Shown: piece after piece, positions 17,825 through 25,594 of the stretch
Layout: each line of letters starts with the position of its first letter
How positions within the stretch are numbered: the stretch's first letter is position 1
Virus record (IMG/VR): IMGVR_UViG_3300032287_003622
Span: 32,001-96,000 of that record
Strand: one strand, 5' to 3'
Source: a virus
DNA length: 64,000 nucleotides
The notes under the pieces: generated by a model
The model's database searches: none
What the model saw: only the letters and a program-made list of their open reading frames with translations
Told to the model about the DNA's origin: nothing
Position numbers and translations under genes: made by a program

Positions 17825-19303
17825 ATGTGCGGCATATTACTGGTCAAAAGTCGATCGAACATTCCCTTAGAAAAACATCTGTCAACTTTTGTGAAATTAC
17901 AAAGCCGTGGCCCAGATTTCTGCAGATATCAATACCAAAACAACACGTTCATTGGACATGCTGTGTTACACATAACTGGCTCCGCTGATTATTATCACAC
18001 CCAACACCAAAACTTCTTGGCCTACAACGGTGAGATATACAATTACAAGGAATTTGGTCCCTGGGAGACCGACACCGCTTTTGTTCATCATGCAGTGGAA
18101 CACGACCTTGATCTGCTAAAAGAAGCCTGGGGTCCCTGGGCCTGGGCATGGACAGATGGTGACGTTGTGCGGTATGCCACAGACCCGCAGGGCGAGCGTG
18201 CCCTGTATCAATATCAAGACGATGACATCTTGATAGTGTGTAGCGAAATAGCACCCATACTTGAATATATCAATTCAGCCAAGGCAGATGTTCCATATGT
18301 CAACAAGACTTGGACCATGCTGGACCGCACACCCTGGCAAGGTATCACCAAAATCACTCCTGGCCTATTGTATCTGGACGGACAAGCCACCTACCAGATC
18401 GACAGCATATGGTCTTGGGTGGCCGAACCATTACATCATACACTGGACGAAGCCTATGAAGATTTCGAGTCACGTTGGCGGCAGGTCATCAAGCAGATGA
18501 CTCCAAACTGCCCAGCGGCTTTGACCTATTCTGGTGGCTTGGACAGCTCGGTTATCCTGAGTCACCTGCCCGGACTTGATCTCTATTCGATCAACTGCGT
18601 GGGCAAGGATCCCATAGTAGATCAAATAAATGAATTTTTACATCCCGAAGAACAGGCAAGGTTACACGTGACTGCGCTGTCAGAATCGCAATGGGCTGAT
18701 GAAATGTCGCAAATGATGGCACGGACCTGCATGCCACCCTTGAGCTGGAGTTGGGTAGGGCAGTGGACGGTCACACGTCACTGCCAACAGCGAGTATTGT
18801 TTACCGGAGCTGGAGCCGACGAACTGTTTGGAGGGTATGACGTGTACAGGAATATTGACTACAGCACAACCAGTTGTTCCAGTCCCTACAGCCGGTATAC
18901 AGATCCTGAAACCTGGCAACGGTGTCTGTCAGTGTATGACAATGACCCTGTGCAGGCCACCTTGCTCATGGACTACTGGCATCAGATCGTGGGCTGTGAT
19001 GCACGGGCTGTAGATCTAATCGCGGGTGCATGGGGTATTGAACCCAGGAATCCATTTTTGGCCAAGCCCATCATGCAGTTGGCTTTGAACTTGCCCAGCC
19101 GTTTCAAGGTGACTTCCGAATCCAAACCTTTGATACGCAGGTTATTTTTGCAACGCTGGACCCTTGATCACATATTACCAAAAAAAGGATTCACTGGGCA
19201 TGCCAATGATTCAGCAACTTGGCTGGCAACAGACATCAAGCCATCTGGCGATCGCATGGTTGATTGGCAAAAAATCGTGAGACAATGTTTTTATGCAAGC
19301 TAA
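17825..19303 (+). CDS. asparagine synthase (AsnB)-like glutamine amidotransferase
   Basis: Motifs MCGI (Ntn Cys), RGPD, YNGEIYN, SGGLDSS, GAGADELFGGY, R.PFL and KKGF. Confidence 0.85.
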   Translation: MCGILLVKSRSNIPLEKHLSTFVKLQSRGPDFCRYQYQNNTFIGHAVLHITGSADYYHTQHQNFLAYNGEIYNYKEFGPWETDTAFVHHAVEHDLDLLKEAWGPWAWAWTDGDVVRYATDPQGERALYQYQDDDILIVCSEIAPILEYINSAKADVPYVNKTWTMLDRTPWQGITKITPGLLYLDGQATYQIDSIWSWVAEPLHHTLDEAYEDFESRWRQVIKQMTPNCPAALTYSGGLDSSVILSHLPGLDLYSINCVGKDPIVDQINEFLHPEEQARLHVTALSESQWADEMSQMMARTCMPPLSWSWVGQWTVTRHCQQRVLFTGAGADELFGGYDVYRNIDYSTTSCSSPYSRYTDPETWQRCLSVYDNDPVQATLLMDYWHQIVGCDARAVDLIAGAWGIEPRNPFLAKPIMQLALNLPSRFKVTSESKPLIRRLFLQRWTLDHILPKKGFTGHANDSATWLATDIKPSGDRMVDWQKIVRQCFYAS

Positions 19304-19862
19304 CAAGATTGACCAACCTTGGACACACTGGATAGCCGATGACTTCCTGACTCCATCCTGTTTGGCTGAAGTCAAAGGCATACAGCATACAGTGACTCAG
19401 ACCATTCCCGGCAAGCGCCGTGACAGCCAACGATTGTTTGTGGACCATGATGTGGCTGATCAGTATCCAGAGTTGTATGCCCTGTATCTGAGTTTGCATT
19501 CGGGCACCTATAGAGATTTTTTTGAAAGACACACAGGGATCAGCTATCAAGGCCTGCATCCCAGAATAGAAGTCATCAGTGATTGGGGAGATTTTTATCT
19601 AGAACCACACTATGACCTACCAGAAAAACGACTCACGGCTTTGGTCTACACCGACCATGAGATTCTGTATCCAGGCACTGGTCTGGGCGACGGCACACGG
19701 ATTGAAAGCCGAGACAATCGCTGTTTCTTTTTTGTGCCAGGGCCACACAGTCTTCATGATTATCCACTGACTCATTTTGATCGTGTGCGCAGATGTCTAC
19801 AGATCAACTATTGGACTTATAATCTGCCCAAGGACGCAAAATATCAAACCACTCTGGTGTAA
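19293..19862 (+). CDS. 2OG-Fe(II) oxygenase
   Basis: HxD motif (PHYD), distal His (SLHDY) and RRCLQINY. Confidence 0.7.
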   Translation: MQANKIDQPWTHWIADDFLTPSCLAEVKGIQHTVTQTIPGKRRDSQRLFVDHDVADQYPELYALYLSLHSGTYRDFFERHTGISYQGLHPRIEVISDWGDFYLEPHYDLPEKRLTALVYTDHEILYPGTGLGDGTRIESRDNRCFFFVPGPHSLHDYPLTHFDRVRRCLQINYWTYNLPKDAKYQTTLV

Positions 19863-20508
19863 AAACACAAGCTGGATGTTGTTGTAGCCAACCCTGCATG
19901 GCGTCAACACACCAAGGCTCGCCGGGAGTCACTGCAGAAGTCTTGGCACTGTTGTATTCATACCAAAATATGCCATAGGGTGCAGAAGGATCTGTCAGAG
20001 TGAACAAGAACTGTTGGCCAACCACGGCACCACACAAGGTAGCAAACTGATCAAACGAAGTTACTGGCACTAGATGATCAAATCTATTCTTGTGCTGACA
20101 GCCAGTGCTGACAAAGGCTCGCACTGTTTGTATGGCAGGTATGCGTTCAAGAGCACGCAGGCGACTTTCACCATTGTTGATTCCATACTGATCCTGGCCA
20201 TCATAGAACAACATCATAGGTTTGACAATTCCTTGTGTTTGTATGTCAGCGATCCACATGTTGAGTTTGACTATGTTGGCAATGTCATAATGATTGGCGG
20301 TGTTTGCTATGAAACCTTGATGTCCATGAGTCTTTATTTGTCGATTGGCCCAGTCGCAGATGTCCTGCAAGGTCTGTTGATATCGTATCTGATCAACTGG
20401 CACCTCTGGATCGTAATATAGACAGTGGGCTCCATCGTGCAAGCTCTGCACTATGGGATCCTGATCCGTGGGCCAAAGGCATTCTATCCTGGGATTATTC
20501 CAATACAT
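19804..20508 (-). CDS. hypothetical protein, possible ParB/Srx-like fold
   Basis: GIVKP...GINNGESRLRAL resembles the ParB DG.HR motif. Confidence 0.55.
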   Translation of the reverse strand: MYWNNPRIECLWPTDQDPIVQSLHDGAHCLYYDPEVPVDQIRYQQTLQDICDWANRQIKTHGHQGFIANTANHYDIANIVKLNMWIADIQTQGIVKPMMLFYDGQDQYGINNGESRLRALERIPAIQTVRAFVSTGCQHKNRFDHLVPVTSFDQFATLCGAVVGQQFLFTLTDPSAPYGIFWYEYNSAKTSAVTPGEPWCVDAMQGWLQQHPACVFTPEWFDILRPWADYKSNS

Positions 20509-20524
20509 ATAAGTAGTTATTCAC

Positions 20525-21502
20525 ATGACAGCTTCCAAAGAAAAAACACACACCGATGGCATTTGGATTTCTGAGCAAAGAGAGATTGCTATAATCGATC
20601 AATTCTGTAAAGTTATTTTGGCCAAGGGTTTTGTTCCTATACGTCAAAATGCCAATAATTTTGGACGTCCTTATCTGTATTCACAAGGCAAGACCTTCCT
20701 GCATTGTAGATTTGTAGACAGTGTGTTCCTGGAAGATCCAGAGGCCTGGCACCGTCCCAGACCCAGTATTATTATCACCGACAATATTCCTACAAAACCT
20801 ATGTCATCTGACTTGATTTTGGCATTGCCAGAATTTTGGCACATTTGGCATTTTGATCCGGTGTTTGAAGATCGTCCAGCCACCTGGAGCTATAATTGTT
20901 TTATGAATCGTTGCCGTGGTGATCGTTCACGCACATTTTATGAACTGATCCGCAGAGATATCCTGCAACATGGACTGGTCAGTTACAATGTAGACAATGA
21001 ATTATATCAACAACAACACATTTCAGCGGATCTACACAACTACGAAAAAGAATATCAAATAGGTCAAACTCTGATACCTTACAACAACCTAAAGGGATCA
21101 CTGGAACAGTGTGTGATTGATTCGGCGGTGAGCTTGATTTTAGAAACTTATACCAGCGACGATCACATAGTGTTCAGTGAAAAATTGTTCAGATGTCTGC
21201 AATTGCCAAGACCCTGGTTGTTGTATTGCGGTCCCGGTGCCGTTGAACAACTCAGAGTTTATGGATTTGATGTGTTGGACAATTATGTAGATCACAGTTA
21301 TGATCGTGTTAAACCTCACGGACATAGACTAAATGCAATAATCAATCACTTAGAAACTTTTATAAACAAAAAATATACCGAGAGTGATTATGATAGGTTT
21401 CGTAGGGCCGCTCAGCATAATCGATCTCAATTAAAAAAATTTGCATCAGCATGGCCAGCGAAATTTCAAAACATTTTAGATAAATTAAATCAATATGCTT
21501 GA
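20525..21502 (+). CDS. TEK-family glycan-modifying protein (GT10-like C-terminus)
   Basis: LETY...FSEKLFRCL..P.P...LR.YGFD...VDHSYD. Confidence 0.6.
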   Translation: MTASKEKTHTDGIWISEQREIAIIDQFCKVILAKGFVPIRQNANNFGRPYLYSQGKTFLHCRFVDSVFLEDPEAWHRPRPSIIITDNIPTKPMSSDLILALPEFWHIWHFDPVFEDRPATWSYNCFMNRCRGDRSRTFYELIRRDILQHGLVSYNVDNELYQQQHISADLHNYEKEYQIGQTLIPYNNLKGSLEQCVIDSAVSLILETYTSDDHIVFSEKLFRCLQLPRPWLLYCGPGAVEQLRVYGFDVLDNYVDHSYDRVKPHGHRLNAIINHLETFINKKYTESDYDRFRRAAQHNRSQLKKFASAWPAKFQNILDKLNQYA

Positions 21503-22526
21503 AATATTTGGACCTACCTACAAATACCAGGGCGAAATCCTGTCTGAGCCAGAAATCATTTTCATCGAAGATCATCACTATGACGAACAAAATCATTGTT
21601 TCCAGGTGCAACAACTTTTGGAAAACAGTGCTTGTGATCCGCGCCTGCATTTGATAATCGTGGGAGGTCTTGGACACGATGATGTGCTTGATCAATATCG
21701 TTGTGTTAGTTTGCCTTATTTCACAGCCGGAACTTGCGAACAGTTCAATCGCGGAAACATCATACCTGATTGGACACAAAAAACACATTGTTTCAATTTC
21801 ATGATCAACAAACCGCGTCTGCACCGAAGGTTTTTGCTAATGTTGCTACAGCATTTTGAACTAGACAACTATACCTATTGTTTGCCCTGGAAAAATTTAG
21901 ATCTCAATCCCAGGGAACTGATGGGCCGAACATCAAATGCAGAATATCAGTCTATCATTACACAAAATCCAAAATTCAACCGATCTGGGACCAATTATGC
22001 TTTTGGCAATGAGGCCACCTTAGACCAAGGAATAAAAAATGGCAGCTGGAAGAACGCCCAAACCTACAATCAATTTTTGAAATCACAGGTGTTTGAGCCC
22101 AGTTGTGTGAGCCTGATCACTGGCAGTTTGTTTTATGAACGTGAAACCAGGATTTCCGAGACCACACTCATGGCCATGTATGCTGGCACCATACCAATCT
22201 GGGTGGGTGGATGGCGGGCGGCACAAAGGTTGAAAGATCTGGGATTTGATGTGTTTGATGACCTTGTTGATCACAGTTACCAAGACATGCCAGACCCAAT
22301 GGATAGATGTTACTTTGCCATAAAAAACAATTTGAAAATCTTGCAGGATTTCGAAGGCACCAAAAAATTTGTGGATCAAAATCATGCAAGACTACAAAAG
22401 AATTTGGATTTGTGCAAGAACAACGTTTTTTTAAAACACATAGGAGATCAAGTATCAAAATTGCCTGGCAATCTACAACCCATTGTAAAAACCTTTGTAA
22501 ATCAACAAGTAATGGGGTTGACCTAG
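21495..22526 (+). CDS. TEK-family protein (motif degenerate)
   Basis: INKPR.HR; ISETTLMAM..P...LK.LGFDVF...VDHSY. Confidence 0.6.
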   Translation: MLEIFGPTYKYQGEILSEPEIIFIEDHHYDEQNHCFQVQQLLENSACDPRLHLIIVGGLGHDDVLDQYRCVSLPYFTAGTCEQFNRGNIIPDWTQKTHCFNFMINKPRLHRRFLLMLLQHFELDNYTYCLPWKNLDLNPRELMGRTSNAEYQSIITQNPKFNRSGTNYAFGNEATLDQGIKNGSWKNAQTYNQFLKSQVFEPSCVSLITGSLFYERETRISETTLMAMYAGTIPIWVGGWRAAQRLKDLGFDVFDDLVDHSYQDMPDPMDRCYFAIKNNLKILQDFEGTKKFVDQNHARLQKNLDLCKNNVFLKHIGDQVSKLPGNLQPIVKTFVNQQVMGLT

Positions 22527-22546
22527 TATAAATAATTGTATATAAT
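22518..22546 (+). promoter_or_regulatory. sigma70 promoter with embedded TATAAATA late motif
   Basis: TTGACC-17 nt-TATAAT; TATAAATA at 22527-22534. Confidence 0.75.
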
Positions 22547-22555
22547 AACACTATT

Positions 22556-22657
22556 ATGTTGAATCACAAATTATCCTATCTTGTGCCACAACCCAATTTT
22601 GAAGGGAGTGCCGTGCTATGGGCGATTTGTGAAGATGGGATTCGAGGTAACGAATAG
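22556..22657 (+). CDS. 33-aa putative attenuator leader peptide MLNHKLSYLVPQPNFEGSAVLWAICEDGIRGNE
   Basis: ATG 9 nt after the -10 box; 19 amino acids and 27 distinct codons; 3' end lies within an antiterminator helix. Confidence 0.7.
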   Translation: MLNHKLSYLVPQPNFEGSAVLWAICEDGIRGNE

Positions 22658-22693
22658 TATAACACACTATACAAAAATATTCGAAACCTCGGA
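22641..22693 (+). promoter_or_regulatory. antiterminator hairpin
   Basis: Pairings 22641-48/22686-93, 22651-56/22678-83 and 22657-61/22668-72 (19 bp); sequesters the terminator 5' arm. Confidence 0.7.
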
Positions 22694-22715
22694 ACTATAA
22701 ACTCCGAGGTTTTTT
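22684..22715 (+). terminator. intrinsic terminator (attenuator) upstream of the tRNA cluster
   Basis: AAACCTCGGA-ACTATAAC-TCCGAGGTTT followed by TTTT. Confidence 0.85.
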
Positions 22716-22735
22716 ATTTTAGAGAAAGGAATGTG

Positions 22736-22909
22736 ATGTCGATTGATTATACAAAATTAAACGATCAAGTTGTTAAACAGGCCTATGATGCCAGCAGTGC
22801 TTTTTTGACTGAAGCACAACGGCAGAGACTGTTTCAGAACAAGATCGATCGTGCGGCCGCAATGATACGGGCGCAGGAACAGTTTCGTCAGTTAGAGCAA
22901 GAACAGTGA
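22736..22909 (+). CDS. 57-aa helical hypothetical protein
   Basis: AAAGGA SD; MSIDYTKLNDQVVKQAY...QFRQLEQEQ. Confidence 0.6.
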   Translation: MSIDYTKLNDQVVKQAYDASSAFLTEAQRQRLFQNKIDRAAAMIRAQEQFRQLEQEQ

Positions 22910-22915
22910 AACAAT

Positions 22916-22989
22916 CGCGGGTTGTGATAGTCATACTCTGGTCTCATAAGCCAAGATGGAATAGGGAGCGTTACCCTAGCCCGCAACCA
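22916..22989 (+). tRNA. atypical tRNA-Met(CAU), initiator-like
   Basis: CGCGGGT/GCCCGCA with C1:A72; CTCATAA loop; 3' ACCA; D-arm shrunken; T-loop AGCGTTA is non-canonical. Confidence 0.6.
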
Positions 22990-22995
22990 TGTCAC

Positions 22996-23073
22996 AGTGA
23001 GGTGGCCGAGTGGTCCAAGGCAAGTGCCTGCAAAGCATTCAAGTCGTGAGTTCGAATCTCACCCTCACTTCCA
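22996..23073 (+). tRNA. tRNA-Cys(GCA)
   Basis: AGTGAGG/CCTCACT; loop CTGCAAA; TTCGAAT; U73-CCA. Confidence 0.92.
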
Positions 23074-23075
23074 AG

Positions 23076-23152
23076 TCCGGAGTAGTTCCAATTGGCAGAA
23101 CAGCGGTCTCCAAATCCGCGTGTTGGCGGTTCGAATCCGTCCTCCGGTGCCA
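23076..23152 (+). tRNA. tRNA-Trp(CCA)
   Basis: Loop CTCCAAA; TTCGAAT; G73-CCA. Confidence 0.9.
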
Positions 23153-23180
23153 ATTTATTTAGAAAAGAAAGGAGGCACGT

Positions 23181-23771
23181 ATGCCAGCAGTATTTTTAGT
23201 CAGCGACACACACTTTGGCCACGCAGGTGTATGTCGCTTTAAGCGCAACGATGGTGTTACAAAATTGCGGCCTTGGGACACAGCCGAGGAAATGGATGAG
23301 TTCATGGTTGCAGCATGGAACGAGCGTGTAAGGCCAAACGACAAAGTTTATCACTTGGGTGATGTTGTTATGAGCCGTAAAAGTCTTGCTATCATGCGCA
23401 GGCTCAACGGTGACAAGGTTCTTATCCGTGGCAATCATGATATCTTCAAGGACACTGACTATCGTGAACACTTCCGTGAACTGCGTGCTTATCATGTGAT
23501 GAATGGCATGATACTCAGTCATATCCCTATCCACTCAGAAAGTCTGGGTCGGTTTGGCACGAATATTCATGGTCACTTGCACGCCAACCGGGTGATGTTG
23601 CCCGGATTCAATGGCAAGGTCACTGACATTGTTGATGTTCGTTACCACTGTGTTTGTGTGGAACAAACCGACTTTGCTCCTATCCTGTTTGAAGATGTGA
23701 TCAAGAGGATTGAAGCAGAAGGTGGCCAAATCGGTTTTCAAAACGGCAATGGCACTACGCAAGCCATGTAA
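23181..23771 (+). CDS. calcineurin-like metallophosphoesterase
   Basis: Motifs SDTHFGH, HLGD, GNHD, SHIP and HGHLH; AGGAGG SD. Confidence 0.9.
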   Translation: MPAVFLVSDTHFGHAGVCRFKRNDGVTKLRPWDTAEEMDEFMVAAWNERVRPNDKVYHLGDVVMSRKSLAIMRRLNGDKVLIRGNHDIFKDTDYREHFRELRAYHVMNGMILSHIPIHSESLGRFGTNIHGHLHANRVMLPGFNGKVTDIVDVRYHCVCVEQTDFAPILFEDVIKRIEAEGGQIGFQNGNGTTQAM

Positions 23772-23776
23772 GGACG

Positions 23777-23854
23777 ACCCCTGTAGACAAATTGGTAAAG
23801 TCACCTGTTTAAGGAACAGGAGCATTGTAGGTTCAAATCCTACCAGGGGCACCA
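23777..23854 (+). tRNA. tRNA-Leu(AAG) with short variable region
   Basis: Anticodon arm CCTGT-TTAAGGA-ACAGG; T-arm GTAGG-TTCAAAT-CCTAC; ACCA. Confidence 0.8.
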
Positions 23855-23883
23855 TTGACATCCAGTGAGTTTTATAGTATAAT
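23855..23883 (+). promoter_or_regulatory. sigma70 promoter
   Basis: TTGACA-17 nt-TATAAT directly after the tRNA CCA. Confidence 0.8.
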
Positions 23884-23905
23884 TAACATTTTACAAGGAG
23901 AGGTT

Positions 23906-24127
23906 ATGAGTGTTAGAATTGAAAGTCGTAGCACCGAAATTGACACCGAACGCTGTGTGCGCAATGCCGGCGGTCGCTATGATCTAGTTGTGGCAGCAGC
24001 TCAACGCCTGAGAGAAATGAAACGTCGTGCCCGTGAAACCAACACTCATGTGACCACCATTGATGCACTCAAAGAAGTTGAATCTGGCACTTTTAATATG
24101 ACAGACTATTTGATAAAGATAAAATAA
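23906..24127 (+). CDS. rpoZ: RNA polymerase omega subunit homolog
   Basis: E.CV...GGRYDLVVAAAQR.RE...T.DALKEV..G matches the RpoZ pattern; AAGGAG SD. Confidence 0.75.
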   Translation: MSVRIESRSTEIDTERCVRNAGGRYDLVVAAAQRLREMKRRARETNTHVTTIDALKEVESGTFNMTDYLIKIK

Positions 24128-24283
24128 ATGAAAAAGCAATCAGCAGGTGAACTCAGTAGAACCATTGCAGGACAATGGTCAAAAAGTGAAAAGCGGTCGG
24201 CTGCATCTCGCAGTATCACAGCTGCCAACAAGCGAATACATCAGATTCTCAAAACATTTGCTCAAAAACAAAGAATGCAGTAA
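24128..24283 (+). CDS. 51-aa basic hypothetical protein
   Basis: Starts immediately after the rpoZ stop: MKKQSAGELSRTIAGQW... Confidence 0.55.
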   Translation: MKKQSAGELSRTIAGQWSKSEKRSAASRSITAANKRIHQILKTFAQKQRMQ

Positions 24284-24292
24284 CAGTGGTAT

Positions 24293-24367
24293 GCACCGTT
24301 CGTCTATCGGTTAGGACACCCGCCTTTCACGCAGGTAAGAGCGGTTCGATTCCGCTACGGTGTACCA
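24293..24367 (+). tRNA. tRNA-Glu(UUC)
   Basis: GCACCGT/ACGGTGT; loop CTTTCAC; TTCGATT; ACCA. Confidence 0.9.
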
Positions 24368-24424
24368 AATATTTTGTAGAGCAGTCACGCAAAATAAGTA
24401 AACATATCAATTAGGATCACAAAC

Positions 24425-24640
24425 ATGGCAAAAAAACTACAGCGCAAAAAACCTGGCTACACCCGTGCCGGCGAAGTCAAGATCATCAGTCTCAGCGTGC
24501 GACAGCTCACTGAGTTAAAAGCAAAAACACAGGCCACAAAAAAACAGGTCAAGATACAGCGCAGGATTGACTTGCTGAAACGTCGTCCCGGATATCGCGA
24601 GCCAGTGGTTGAGGCAACACCCGACGCCCTCGTCGCATAG
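24425..24640 (+). CDS. small basic hypothetical protein
   Basis: K/R-rich 71-aa ORF with AGGA SD; its 3' end overlaps a tRNA. Confidence 0.6.
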   Translation: MAKKLQRKKPGYTRAGEVKIISLSVRQLTELKAKTQATKKQVKIQRRIDLLKRRPGYREPVVEATPDALVA

Positions 24641-24709
24641 TGGGATTGCAACGGATTTGTAATCCGTCGAGGAAACTCAAAGGGTGTTCGATTCACCCCG
24701 GGGGCACCA
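24626..24709 (+). tRNA. tRNA-Thr(UGU) with extra variable-arm hairpin
   Basis: GCCCTCG/CGGGGGC plus ACCA; ACGGA-TTTGTAA-TCCGT; variable hairpin GAG-GAAA-CTC; TTCGATT. Confidence 0.8.
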
Positions 24710-24725
24710 CACAAAGGAGAATTTA

Positions 24726-24890
24726 ATGAGTAAAATGAGCGATCTACTTAAGAAGGCCTTGGACAAGAAGCGAGGTATCCATCACATTGAAAATGAAGAT
24801 GCACCAGTGGTGGAAAAGAAAACCGCCAAACAGCGAGCACCCGTGATAGGCAAAAAACCACCTACCAGATCGGCCGGTCGAGGCCGATAA
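24726..24890 (+). CDS. small basic hypothetical protein
   Basis: AAGGAG SD; ends RSAGRGR. Confidence 0.6.
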   Translation: MSKMSDLLKKALDKKRGIHHIENEDAPVVEKKTAKQRAPVIGKKPPTRSAGRGR

Positions 24891-25594
24891 TGCGTTCAAT
24901 CAAGGAAATAAAAAAAGACAGTAAACCAATCGTATTTTTAGGTAGCTGTCACAATATCCAAAATTTGGTAGAACTGTGTAATTCAAGTGGTAGAGAAGTG
25001 ATTGGGTTGATAGATCCTGATTATGATTCTCAAAAAGAATTTTATGGACTGCCTGTCCTGCAAAAAAAACCCTACATCAACGAGCCCGAAAAATATGAAT
25101 TTTTCGTGGCCACATGGTGGACACCTTTTCAAAATAACGTTCATCGGCGCAATCTCAAAAAACGCAGATTGTTTTTGGCCTGGATGGAATCATACAAATT
25201 TACAGGTGCCACAGTAATTCACGATACTGCTGTGATCAGTCCCAAGGCCATGATTGACTCGCATGTCAGTGTGGGTGCGTTGTCAATACTCGTGCAAAAT
25301 TGCCAAATACACAAACATACCAATATAAGAGAACAATGTTATGTGAGTCATGATGTTGTTGTTGACTCTAACTGTGTGCTACAGATGAAGTCCACTGTGA
25401 CCGGAAGTATCACTGTTGGTTCCAACACCTACATAGGCCCTGGAGCAACTGTGGTCAATGGCAGTCCATTAAATCCCATGCACATAGGCAACAACGTTAT
25501 AATACATCCAAATCAGCTGGTTTTAGAATCAGTCGCAGATAACACCATTGTAAGCTACAAAAAAGCTCCGTTCGTGGTGACGGTTGACCAATAA
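24890..25594 (+). CDS. hexapeptide-repeat acetyltransferase (PglD/NeuD-like)
   Basis: IH.TAVIS..A.I...V.V; SHD..V; left-handed beta-helix repeats. Confidence 0.8.
   Translation: MRSIKEIKKDSKPIVFLGSCHNIQNLVELCNSSGREVIGLIDPDYDSQKEFYGLPVLQKKPYINEPEKYEFFVATWWTPFQNNVHRRNLKKRRLFLAWMESYKFTGATVIHDTAVISPKAMIDSHVSVGALSILVQNCQIHKHTNIREQCYVSHDVVVDSNCVLQMKSTVTGSITVGSNTYIGPGATVVNGSPLNPMHIGNNVIIHPNQLVLESVADNTIVSYKKAPFVVTVDQ

Noticed and set aside
22547-22715. T-box riboswitch explanation for the tRNA-cluster leader
   Set aside because: No UGGN-ACC T-box bulge or Stem I motifs were seen. An ORF-overlapping antiterminator explains the layout better.
22731-22736. ATGTGA start-stop minigene
   Set aside because: It abuts the SD with no spacing. 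The SD fits the ATG at 22736, so it is probably incidental.
22997-23242. 81-aa ORF, and ORFs 15961-16326(-), 16474-16689(-), 16532-16777(-), 23535-23861(-) and 24457-24714(-)
   Set aside because: They overlap tRNA or tmRNA genes or real CDSs and show no protein motifs.
23777-23854. Reading this tRNA as Leu(UAA)
   Set aside because: The stem CCTGT/ACAGG gives loop TTAAGGA, with AAG centred and G37.
24626-24709. Reading this tRNA as Tyr(GUA) because of its long arm
   Set aside because: The 5-bp stem fixes the loop as TTTGTAA, which centres UGU, and the acceptor pairs fit Thr.
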